From Paraspadella gotoi (Eukaryota; Animalia; Chaetognatha): a stretch of DNA of 21,520 bases. Positions within the stretch are counted from its first letter, which is position 1. Every line of letters begins with the position of its first letter. The notes below the pieces were generated by a model. The model ran no database searches. It saw only the letters and a program-made list of their open reading frames with translations, and had not been told where the DNA came from. Both the position numbers and the translations under genes were made by a program. Location of the stretch: the NCBI GenBank assembly GCA_051294375.1, contig JBJCIZ010000077.1, positions 9,738 through 31,257 on the forward strand. The letters run 5' to 3'. Below are positions 10,299-20,093 of the stretch, piece by piece.

Positions 10299-10613
10299 CT
10301 TATACAGCACTTCAGATTGACTCCCTGGTAAAAATATTGCTGACCGTTTTTTTATTTTCCAACTCCCAGTTGTCCAGCAATGCTTACTTTTTAGCATGGT
10401 CGATTTCACAAAAGCAATTTTTTGGGCATTTGAATAGGAATCCTTCCAGTTANNNNNNNNNNNNNNNNNNNNNNNNNCTCTCTAGCATCTTGACGTTTAA
10501 GACCATAAAATTGAAATTAAGAAAGGCGTCAGGATTCTTGTTGTCGTTGTCGTTGACGTACAAAAATGTGACTTTGAGAGGGCGTTGCCGCGCGTCGGAC
10601 AACATGTAAGGAG

Positions 10614-10709
10614 CTGATTGGGGACGGCCGCGTCCCTGACGCGACCGTCCGCCAATCGGGAGACTTGGGCGAATTCTCGACCCCCTCCACATGAGCAAAG
10701 ATATAAAAG
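10614..10709 (+). promoter_or_regulatory. Pol II promoter-like module (inverted CCAAT pair plus TATA), possibly the LTR U3 of the downstream gag-bearing element
   Basis: CTGATTGG (10614-10621) and CCAATCGG (10652-10659) flank a GC-rich inverted repeat. TATAAAAG at 10702-10709, AATAAA at 10811-10816, gag relic ~1 kb downstream on the same strand. Confidence 0.4.
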
Positions 10710-11778
10710 CAATAACTCTGAAGCATCAGAGAGAACCTTATAATAATTATTTTTAGTCTCCACTATTTTTGCCTCATTAATTTGTGAAGTGTTCTTTAAC
10801 ACTTGTAATGAATAAACTATTTCTGCCATCACTATTTTGTAACCAAAACTTCTCATTATTTATTACATAAAACGAAGAAAGAAGAGAGTGAGATGAGAAA
10901 GAATTGATTAGCGAGCCAGTGGAGTCAGCAGAACCAAAGAACCCGTAAAGCAACTTAGGCGACAGTTGTCCTTTGCTGCAATGATGCTACAACAACTGAC
11001 GGTATTCAGGGTGAAAGAACGCACAAAGATGGTTTACATGCTTACGAATTTTACTGGCCACTAGGGCTTAGGGAACTGAAGCGCAAGTTGGTGTTGCCGT
11101 GCGCGACGCGCCACTTCGGCGAAATGGCTACGGAACTCTGTTAGGAGGAAACTCTTTTAGCTGGGGTTTTAATATTTCTCGTAATAATGTTTCTTTCATG
11201 AAAGTCGAGACAAGAATAATGCATAATTACCATTTTATCAAACTGATCGTAAATCTGTTTTTCAAAATCCCTGAACATTTTTTATGATAATAGACTGCGA
11301 TGCGGTACGGTTGCTTTTATGACAACAACTACATATTTTGGCATTGCATTTACTGGGTTGCGTGGTTTAGAGATCTCCCCGATGGTTGCTATGGTCTGGG
11401 TGAATGGAGGGTAGGAATGCGATATTGGGGTCAGTTAACGCCTCGCCCGCCCACACTGTTGCATTTGACTCATAATAGAATCCGACGGACTTTAGAAAAG
11501 AGAATATTAATCCTGAAAATCTCCCTTTGCCTCGGTTCTTACTAATTTTAAGTCGAGAGTTATTTAGGTTTGTAGTGATTTTTTTTTCGTAGTGTCCGTT
11601 TTGTTTTAGAAAGTGTAAAAGAAATTTTGATTAGTAGATAATCCGTATAGTAAAATTGTTTTTCTTTCCGTCATTTAGCTATTTTTTTTAGAAAAAAATT
11701 TTTTTATCACTGTCGTTTAGCTAATATTAAAATTTATTTTTCGTGCACATTTTCTTTTCTCAGTTTTTTGTTTTTTAA

Positions 11779-12602
11779 ATGCCTCGCGGTAATCTTGACC
11801 CATTTCGGAATCCATCGCCACCACTGGATTTCCCATAACAGTCCGAGAAGTTCGACGCCTACGCGGAATTGATCCAGCAAGAATTATAGAATTAATAAAG
11901 GGTGCTTTGGACGAAACTCAAGTTGATCCAGTCCCGCGATCAATCACCATAGACAATATTAGAATATTAAAGCGCCAGGACAATACTCTAAGAATCCGCT
12001 GCACAATTCGGACAAATGGACAATGAAGATGAGACTCGCGGGCTGGCCAGGGAGTTGGCGACAACTCTGGCTACAGGATTGAAAGAAGGATTGAAAGCCC
12101 AACACGAGCAGACTCGTGAAGACATGGACGCCTTTGGTGAGTGGAATCATCGTTATATGGAAGAACAAACAGATGCTTTTCAACATTTAATTGATTTACA
12201 GCATAGGAATCATCAAGAGGATCTAAAGATAATGATGAACAAGATGGAGGAAATGCAAATTTCTCATCAGCTTGCTGCTGAAGCCAAGAAGCCAATGGTG
12301 AAAATTAATCTTCCAAAGTACGATGGCGTCTCCGTGGGTCTCCGTCTGCTAAGCGAGCCTTTGAATCTCTTTCAGGAGAGGAAAAGGAGAATTTGGAAAC
12401 TATGTTTGTTGGAATGCAGCTGCAACTGGATCCCTCGTCGGAAGAAAGGAATCGCCAGTTGTTGCTTCGGCAACGAAAAGTTCGATTGGTCCCATTGGAC
12501 CCGACCGGGGGCGGCGCCGGCGGCAGGGGAGCCTGGCGGCGCCAACGCCGGGCGAGGTCGGGGCAGAAGAGTGTCCGCGTCCAACGCTTCGTCTGGGAAT
12601 GA
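11779..12602 (+). pseudogene. gag: Degraded Ty3/Gypsy-type gag
   Basis: ATG 11779 (MPRGNLDP..., in-frame stops), coiled-coil-like 12016-12290, KINLPKYDG at 12301-12327 ('lP.FdG' gag motif). After a frameshift/deletion it reads RLRGSPSAKRAFESLSGEEKENLETMFVGMQLQLDPSSEERNRQLLLRQRK ('L.G.A...f..L....k.....l...l.P' capsid motif). No pol follows. Confidence 0.65.
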
Positions 12603-13154
12603 ATCCCTCCATAATGAATTCGTTTCGAGAGTAGAAGGTACTTTTTTTTTAAATTAGTGTGAGAAGGTTGCGTAAAATTTGTTGCAAGTCGGCTTACCAC
12701 TTTGGGATCTGACTTTGTAGATTTTTGTAGAGAAAAATATCGAGTTGTTTTCAGTTTAAGGATAAGACATGTAATGATCGAAATCATTCAAAACGAGTAA
12801 GGTAAAAGACAAACAATGGTAAGTAAGAAATAAGGAAAACGCTAAACAATAGTAAAGGTAAGGTTGATTTAAGGTCAGGAACTTGACCTTGGTCAAATGT
12901 CAGTTTCATTGTCGAGGTTGTTGTCGTTGTTGTTGTTGTTCGTCGCCGCAAAATGAGTTTAAATGGAAAAAAACAAAAAACCTGTTTTCACTAATTGATG
13001 ATTTTTTTCCTTTTATATTAAATGTATATGCAGGATGTATTAAGGAATCAAATAATTAATCAGTTAATTAATCAATTAGTCAATTAATTAATCACTAATT
13101 AATTAATCAGTCAATCAATCCGTCCATCCGTCCCACTTTAGCAAAAAGCCCCAA

Positions 13155-13610
13155 TAACTCGTGATTGGCTGGTTGGATCGGAATGAAATTTTTTGTATGG
13201 GTAGGAACATGTGTGATGAAGCTGGATATAAAATTTCGACGGAATCGTGTGAGTGGATATAAGTTTAAATGTAAAAAAACATAAGTCGCATTTACTAAAA
13301 TCTTTTTACTTATTTTAACCAACAATACTCTAATTAATCATAATTGGATGGATAGATTGAGTTCAAATTTTGTGTGTGGGTAGGAAAATGTGTGACGAAG
13401 CTTGATATAAAGTTTCGGTACGAGTGGAAATGAGTTTAAATGAAAAAAATATGAGTCACATTCTCTTTTTTACTAATTTTAACCCATAATAGATTGAGAT
13501 GAAATTTTGTGAGCGGGAAGGAAAGTTTGTGAAGAAGCTAAATATAAAGTTTTGACGGAATTGTGCCAGTGGAAATGAGTTTAAATGGAAAAAATATAAG
13601 TCACATTTTG
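13155..13610 (+). repeat. Internal tandem array of the HINE-like element, 3 diverged units of ~140-190 bp
   Basis: Recurrent AAATTTT(T)GT...GGGWAGGAA...TGTGA.GAAGCT..ATATAAA.TTT...AGTGGA...AGTTTAAATG.AAAAAA...AGTC.CATT at ~13185, ~13365 and ~13500. Two related units occur at 18230-18430. Confidence 0.85.
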
Positions 13611-13809
13611 TTTGAGCTGCCTCGGTTTAATAATATCAAAATTGTTTATTTTTGCTGACTTTCTCGTAGACGACGACCGAGAATCCAACGATGTTTTAAA
13701 ATGTTTTATTGATATTGATGCAATCGGCGATAGTTCAAGTTGTTTCAAAACAAACAATGATTTAAAAACGATAAAAAACACTTTAAAATCAACGTGAAAA
13801 CGTTCGAAG

Positions 13810-15021
13810 TAGTGTTTCCGATAACCGTTAACTGTTAACGGTTATTAACGGTTAAAAATAATTTTAACTTAACCGTTAATATATTCATTTTAACGGTTAA
13901 TTCGGTTAATTTTCAAATGTGATTTTTTTCATTTTTTGGTATGAAATCTTTAAATTTAAAAAAAAAAACTTTTTTTTCTGTTCTCTCTTATTCTCCTCTC
14001 CCCTTCTTACCATATTTTTACCCCTCTCTCTCTTCTCCAATTTTTCCCTGCTTTTTTCCTTTGTTATTTTCTCCTTTTTTTTCTATTCTCATCTCTCTCT
14101 TATTCTTTCTTCCCCTTTATTTACCTCCTCCTGTTTCTTTCTTTTTCTTTCTCACTTTTCCCCTTTTTCTTTCCCCCTTTCTTTTTTCTCCTTTTTTCGC
14201 CCTTTGCTTTTGCCTTTCCCTTTTTTTTGCCCTTTCATGCAATAATATATATTCAATTTAGCTAAAAATAAATAATCCCTCTTATTTTACTTTTTCTCTC
14301 TTTTTCTTTCCCTCTTTAAATTAATAAAGAAGCAAATGAAATAAAACCGAATGAATGAAAAAAATGAATAAAAACCAAATAAAAAAATTATTTAAAAAAT
14401 TTAAAAATTAATAATAGAAGGAACGAATCTTAAAAAAAACATAAAAAAGAATAATGATGATATACTTTTTAATTAAACTGAAAAATATATTATTAATCAA
14501 TAAATATTTTGATCAATCGATAAATCAACCAGTCTATCAATAAATTAAAATTCATATTTATATTTATGGTCAATGACCATTGGTCATAGTTTATGAAAGA
14601 CTAACAACAGAAAAAAGCGTTTAAGAAACTAACAACTTCAAAAATAATGGGGAATAGAAGAAGTAGAGAAAGAAAAGAGAAAGCAAAAAAAAAAAGAGAA
14701 AACAAAATATAGAATTAGAATTTGATGGTATCCTTTCGTTTCGTTGTGTTATGAGATTAGCAAAATATTTGTTTTGTTATAACAACAATTTTATTTGACA
14801 TAAAGAATAGACAAGTTTCGACTCTGTTTCAAGTCTTTATCAGCGCATTCAAGAGCCAGAGTTAAAGAGAAAACCATTAAATACTTTATTTTGTTTTAAA
14901 TCTTAATATTTTAAATTTAAGTTAAATTATAAAATTAACCGATCTTAACGGTTAACCGTTAAAAATGTTAGTTTTAACGGTTAAGCGAATTTCCTAAAAA
15001 TTAACGGTTATCGGAACTCTA
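13810..15021. mobile_element. Non-autonomous hAT-superfamily DNA transposon (1212 bp, MITE-like)
   Basis: Perfect 8-bp TSD GTTCGAAG at 13802-13809 and 15022-15029. TIRs TAGTGTTTCCGATAACCGTTAA (13810-13831) and TTAACGGTTATCGGAACTCTA (15001-15021). Imperfect inverted similarity extends ~90-100 bp with repeated TAACCGTTAA/TTAACGGTTA subterminal motifs. No transposase ORF. Confidence 0.92.
14805..14850 (-). ncRNA. Degenerate minimal hammerhead ribozyme motif of the Penelope-like retroelement type
   Basis: Minus strand reads GAATG-CG-CTGATAA-A-GACT-tgaaacag-AGTC-GAAAC-TT-GTC-TATTC: core CUGANGA with G8 to A, 4-bp stem II GACT/AGTC, GAAA box, minimal stem III, GUC cleavage triplet, imperfect stem I GAATG/TATTC. 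AATAAA lies ~10 nt downstream. Confidence 0.6.
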
Positions 15022-15624
15022 GTTCGAAGTCGCGGCTTAACGAGGCAACTGCCTCTGACTTTTCCTAAATTTCAAACGTTAAAAATAAGCCAGATATTTG
15101 CTTCGTAATAATCGTCGTCCTCGCGACGTTCCGTCGCGAATCGGGAAACTTGGGACTCGGATGTCGAATCTCTGCCGTCGAACGTTGAGCCGTCCTGTCC
15201 CTACGGCGACGCCGCGTTGCGCACCGCGAACGCCAATACACATTTACTTTATTTCAAGGACATCGATGATATATAAATTTATAATTAATTATTAAAAATT
15301 AAAATTAAATAATTAATTAATCGATTAATTAATTAATTAATTAATTTTCGTAGGCAGATCCGACATTGTTTGCTCAAACTTGTTTATGTTTAATTAGAGT
15401 AAAAAGACTGATTCTATTTTTTTTTAATAAGATTGATCCTATATGATTCTGATTCTATAATTTTTTATTTTTTTTATTTTATATTGAAAAGACTAAAAAA
15501 AAGACAATAAAAAAACTGATGTAAAAGACTGATTTTTTTTTTTTTTATTAATACCAAAAACAGTATTGACAAAATCAAAAACAGTATCAGTGTAAAAAAC
15601 TAGAAAGCAGTAAACAAGTAAAAC

Positions 15625-16100
15625 TAAAATATTAAAATTCAACAGAAACAAAGACACTAACGTTTAAATTGACTCATAAATAAAATGTTATGAACTAATT
15701 CATAAGAAACTATAAAATATAACGTTCAAGAACGTTCAAAAAATCAAATTTTTAAACCAAAAAAACATCAAGTATAAAAAGGAAGCAACATTATTATTTT
15801 TTTATTTAAAAGTAAAAACTAATTTATTAAAATTCAACAGAAACAGAAGACACAAACGTTTAAATAGACTCATGAATAAATATTATGAACTAATTCATAT
15901 TTTTTTTTAAATGGACTCATAAATAAAATGTTATGAACTAATTCATAAGAAACTATAAAATATAACGTTCAAGGAAGGTTCAAAATTCAAATTTTTAAAA
16001 CAAAAAACATCAAGAAACAAAAGACACAAACGTTTAAATGGACTCATGAATAAAATATTATGAACTAATTCATAAGAAACGTTCAAAAACGTTCAAAATT
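15625..16100 (+). repeat. Degenerate tandem duplications within the LINE 3' UTR
   Basis: GACTCAT...AATAAA...TTATGAACTAATTCATA occurs four times (~15670, ~15867, ~15912, ~16041), with shared flanks such as AGACAC.AACGTTTAAAT and GTTCAAAA. Confidence 0.85.
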
Positions 16101-16696
16101 CAAATTTTAAACCAAAAATATGAAAACAAAGACAAAAACAAAAAATATAAATCATAAACGAAAAACAACGTTAATAAAAGACAAAAAAGACAAAGAAAGA
16201 CAAAGACAAAGACAAAAACAAAAACAAAAACAAAAAATATAAAGCATAAACGAAAACAACGTTAATAAAACGTAAAAACAAAAACAAAAATTATAAAAAA
16301 AAGAACAAAAGAAAAAATATAAAGCAAAAATGAAATATACCTAAAATGTATAATTATAAGGTGTTAAAGGGCAAAATAGGTATTTTTTTTAAATAATTTT
16401 TATAATCGTAAAACCGAAAAAAGTAAAAAAGTAAAAAGTGTTTAAAGTAAAAAACAAAAATGTCTAGTATAAAAAGTGTTTAATGCGTAAAACGTCATGG
16501 TTTTATTTTTATAAAACGTCATTATAAGTATTTAATGCTTAGTGTATAACATATACCCAGAAATTTATAATTACAATGTGTTAAAGTAAAGGGCAGAGGG
16601 ACCACAATGCTATTAATAGAAATAAAAAACTACAATCAATATATATATATATATACATATATACACACATACACATATTTTTTTTTAATAGGAATC

Positions 16697-16886
16697 AACA
16701 GAAAGACACTAATAAAAACAAAAGACACTAAAAACAGAAAGACACTAATAAAAACAAAAGACGCTAAAAACAGAAAGACACTAATAAAAACAAAAGACGC
16801 TAAAACAGAAAGACACTAATAAAAACAAATACGCTAATAAAACGCTAATAAAACAGAAAGACACTAATAAAAACAAAAGACGCTAA
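16697..16886 (+). repeat. 36-bp minisatellite, ~5 copies
   Basis: Unit AACAGAAAGACACTAATAAAAACAAAAGACGCTAAA repeated head-to-tail; produces the NRKTLIKTKDAK repeat in the spurious ORF 16607-16819. Confidence 0.92.
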
Positions 16887-16995
16887 TTAAAACAAAGAGA
16901 CGCTAAAACTAAATGAGACGCTAATAAATACTCAAAAACCTATATTAATAATAACAAAACAAGACGCTAATAAACAAAGATATAGATATGTGGTC

Positions 16996-17051
16996 CCTCA
17001 ATACCTCAATACCCAATACCTCAATACCTCAATACCCAATACGAGATACCC
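16996..17051 (+). repeat. 7-8 bp tandem repeat (TACCTCAA/TACCCAA) directly after the LINE ORF2 stop
   Basis: CCTCAATACCTCAATACCCAATACCTCAATACCTCAATACCCAATAC read directly. Confidence 0.85.
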
Positions 17052-17995
17052 TCATTGATTAAATAAGTTCCAATAGCCAATTTTAACCCTTTTAATTAAG
17101 TTTCCCCACTCTATAGTCCCATCATCATTTAATGTACCCAGTACATTACCCAATAAGATTCTTTTTTTAAAACTTCCCAATCTGCCACTTAATTTGGCCA
17201 CCCAATAATCTTGTTCTAAATCCTTTTTCAAATGAATAACAAATATTTTCCACAGTCTTTCAACCGCCGACTCAACATTCCTAATCCTCTGTGCTCTCAT
17301 CTTGAATATAACAGATCTTAAAATAAATACTAATTTATTTCTTAACCTTACTTTAACCTCTTGTCCCATTAAGCCTAAGCTCATCTCTCGGTTATCTACT
17401 TGCTTATCATCAAATTTTAACACTGTCACACTCAATTTCTCCCATAGTCTTACAACCACTTTGCAGTGAGTCAAAATATGCCATCGTTCACGTGCTACAA
17501 CACCACAAAGATCACAAAAGCCATCACCTATTCCTACATAGGCATAATCCATATATGCTGTCCAGAAATTTAAAATTTACCTGGCGCCAAATAGAAGATC
17601 TAACATAGTAAGAAGTATCAGAGTACATAATTGCTCCCAAGATGGCCCTCCACTCATTAGTTAAACTAATTTCAATTACTCTTTCCCATTTCTCTTCATA
17701 ATGCCTTACCACTTTTAAATTAACTCTCAATTGAGAATAAGTTTCCGCAAATGACATTTCACTCCACCTTCTATTGGCTCCTTGTACCTCTAAAATAAAG
17801 TCAGGAGGATGATCAGTTGGGACAATATTTTCAACTTGTTCCCTTACTCTACATTGGATATCAAAAATCCTTTTCCTCTGAGAGCGTGGAGTTTCATTCA
17901 TTGGCATATTCAAGAATTGACCAACAGTCTTAATTCCTCGTTCTACTATATTACTAAACGACTTTAAAAACTATTCCATTTGAATCAGGCACATT
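17052..17995 (-). pseudogene. LINE ORF2 C-terminal region with zf-RVT-type CCHC zinc finger, frameshifted
   Basis: ERGIKTVGQFL...YEEKWE...NEWRAIL...SSIWRQVNFKFL (frameshift near 17550) ...CDLCGVVARERWHILTHCKVVVRLWEKL...RSVIFKMR. C-x2-C-x8-H-x4-C followed by W is the L1/Tx1 ORF2 C-terminal signature. Stop at 17052. Confidence 0.85.
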
Positions 17996-18000
17996 TGTAT

Positions 18001-18569
18001 TATTAGTCGGATCTGCTTATCAGCAGATCCCGACTCTATAACTCACTTTGTCGGTACGTTGGTCCGCCCCCTCAATATTGTCGGGCACACACTTATATCA
18101 TGTCAGAACATCGAATTATGATTAATTATGCAAAAAAAAAACGATGTCCGTCCGTCGTCCGTCCGTCCGTCCATCCGTCCCACCTTAGCAAAAACCTCCA
18201 ATTACTCGTGATTGGATGGATGGATTGGTATGAAATTTTGTGTGTGGGTAGGAAACTGTGTGATTGAGATGGATATGAAGTTTCGAGAGAATCGTGCGAG
18301 TGGAAATTGGTTTAAATGAAAAAAACCAAAAATATATTTCACTATTTGAACGCCAATTGCTCATGAGTGGATAGGACAATTGACTTGAAATTTTGTATGC
18401 TGGTAGGAAAGTGCGTGATTGAGCTGGATTAGGAGTCTACGTCGTTCTTAGAAATCGAGGAAGACTTTTTCAATGGAGATTTTCGTTAAAATCTGACTAC
18501 CAAATAATGTCAACGCTCCTGGGAAAAATTCAGGTAAAAAATAGATGTAAAAACACTCGATTCCGATCC
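18001..18569 (+). mobile_element. Helentron-associated non-autonomous element (HINE/DINE-1-like), copy 2, 5' part
   Basis: Starts in a T-rich site. 5' hairpin AGTCGGATCTGCT-tatc-AGCAGATCC(C)GACT (18005-18035), (GTCC)n microsatellite at 18146-18180, then internal units homologous to 13155-13610. Homology is only shown to ~18430; the right boundary is set at the putative LTR start. Confidence 0.75.
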
Positions 18570-20026
18570 TGTTACGTCTGAAGGGCTCGCATTTTTTTTC
18601 TCTTGACAAATAACCATCATTTTGACATCAAACCATCAGATTCAAATGGACTGGTCAGCTCAGGAAAATATTTTAGACGCGATTTTTATATATAAAATAA
18701 AGGGATTTCTCAACTTCAATACAATGTCAACGCCTTTAAGGTATGTTGTCATTTTACAATAAACTTTGATAAGATATATTTTTATGAACAAAAATGAAAT
18801 ATTTGAAAAATTTTGGTTCATCTTACAGATAAAGACATTGGAGAATGTGTCTGAGAAATCAGAATGTCAAAAACTTTTTCACAACCACAATGACTGAAGA
18901 GAAAAGGCCGAGACCGACGGAGACGGCCAGATCTGACCTATTCGACCGATTGACCGATCGACCGAACAGGGACTGACCTGACACTTTCTTCACTCTTTCT
19001 CTCCCTCTCTCTCTTTCTCTCTCTCTTTCCAAACTTTACTTGGAGAGGCTCAAACAAGACAAATTCAGATTCACTGGATCGCTTTTTCACTAGAATTTCA
19101 ACTATTTTCTTACAAAGTTCCTACTACGTTTTTGCTGAAGATTCTACTACGATTTATTTGATTTCTCTACGACTTATTGAATTCCTCTTAGATTTGATCT
19201 CGATTTTCTACGGATTTTCATCTCGTTTCCTACATTTTATTACATTTATTTATATTTGATTCCCGCATTTTTTCCTTCCGACATTTTCGAGCTTCAGTTC
19301 ATAAAACGTTTGGGATTCTTTTCGTCAGAAAAGTTGCGACCAAGTGGACCATTCTTACCTCAAGAGGCGTAGAGAGCCAAGCTTCTCTACAGTAATAAAA
19401 TATCCATCGCTTCGAAAGGTGAGTTGGTTTTGTGATTGTTTTTTGGATTGAACTAAACTTGTTTTCCAAGCTTGATAACGAAACTCATTGGACCGGGAAA
19501 CATCAATCCAAAAAAAGGTGAATCAGATCGATGTTGATTGATTGATTGATTAATAGATTGATTGGCTAATCGACTGATTGATTTGATTGATTAATGTATT
19601 GATTTATTGATTCGATTAGCTGATTTAGTATAAATGAACCAATTGATGATTTTTTATGATTGATTGATTGTCTTTTTGTTTGCTTTTTGTGCCGTCCCTC
19701 TCTTTTTAAAGTCTTCTTAGGCAAGATATTTCAAATTAACTCATTTTTTAACGAAAAATTTTTGTGATTCGAATTTTGTCTCAAGGAATCTTTTTAATTT
19801 TTATGAATTAAACATTCTGTCTAAGGTGATCGTTTGCAAGACTTTTTGATTTGTAATACTGATTGATGTAATTGGATTTGGAATTACCTTGCTTTCTTAA
19901 ATTGACAAATTTTTTTTCTTTATTTCAATAATCAAATAATACGTTTCCTTCGCTGATACTCCGAGGAGGGAGTATCCGAATATGAATTGAGTTCGACGCC
20001 TGAAAGGGTCTAAGCGATACGTCACA
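18570..20026 (+). repeat. Probable 5' LTR of the BEL/Pao element (~1.46 kb)
   Basis: Begins TGTTACGT (18570-18577) and ends ACGTCACA (20019-20026), a 7/8 terminal inverted repeat with TG...CA. Internal TATATAAAA (~18689), CT tract (~18985-19030), AATAAA (19394) and GATT microsatellite (~19535-19670). Followed by a TGG-initiated PBS-like sequence and gag. Second LTR not in window. Confidence 0.5.
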
Positions 20027-20027
20027 T

Positions 20028-20043
20028 TGGGCTCCCTTGTCGA
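20028..20043 (+). promoter_or_regulatory. Degenerate primer-binding-site candidate (resembles the complement of the tRNA-Asp 3' end)
   Basis: TGGGCTCCCTTGTCGA starts 1 nt after the putative LTR CA, compared with TGGCTCCCCGTCG expected for eukaryotic tRNA-Asp; imperfect match. Confidence 0.3.
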
Positions 20044-20093
20044 ATCAATTGAACGATACGGACGCAAGCTGGAACCCCAGAGGCCCAATTGCC

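Larger units (their letters stand above)
13110..15385 (+). mobile_element. Helentron-associated non-autonomous element (HINE/DINE-1-like), copy 1; 5' end unclear; interrupted by a hAT insertion
   Basis: 13118-13330 is homologous to 18165-18350 (CCGTCCATCCGTCCCAC.TTAGCAAAAA...ACTCGTGATTGG...TGAAATTTT...GGGTAGGAA). 3' subterminal repeat GCAGATCCGAC (15354-15364) is the reverse complement of GTCGGATCTGC at the 5' end of copy 2, and is followed by a short hairpin GTTTG-CT-CAAAC (15368-15379) and Ts. Confidence 0.7.
15533..17995 (-). mobile_element. 3' portion of an L1/Tx1-like non-LTR retrotransposon (ORF2 C-terminus, long 3' UTR, poly(A))
   Basis: ORF2 relic at 17052-17995, then a T-rich repetitive UTR ending in TATTAAT-A14 (T14 at 15533-15546 on the plus strand), with AATAAA overlapping the tail. 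The 5' side stops at the HINE copy at 18001. The UTR extent is inferred. Confidence 0.7.

Noticed and set aside
11089-11101. TGGTGTTGCCGTG as tRNA-His PBS for the gag at 11779
   Set aside because: Needs a 3-nt insertion relative to TGGTGCCGTG and no convincing LTR terminus pair was found.
13919-14261. Phe/Leu/Ser-rich 'membrane protein' ORFs
   Set aside because: Translation of the pyrimidine tract inside the hAT MITE.
16607-16886. 36-bp repeats as CRISPR array or repeat protein
   Set aside because: Head-to-tail units with no unique spacers, no cas genes, eukaryotic TE context; the ORF is a by-product of the 36-bp period.
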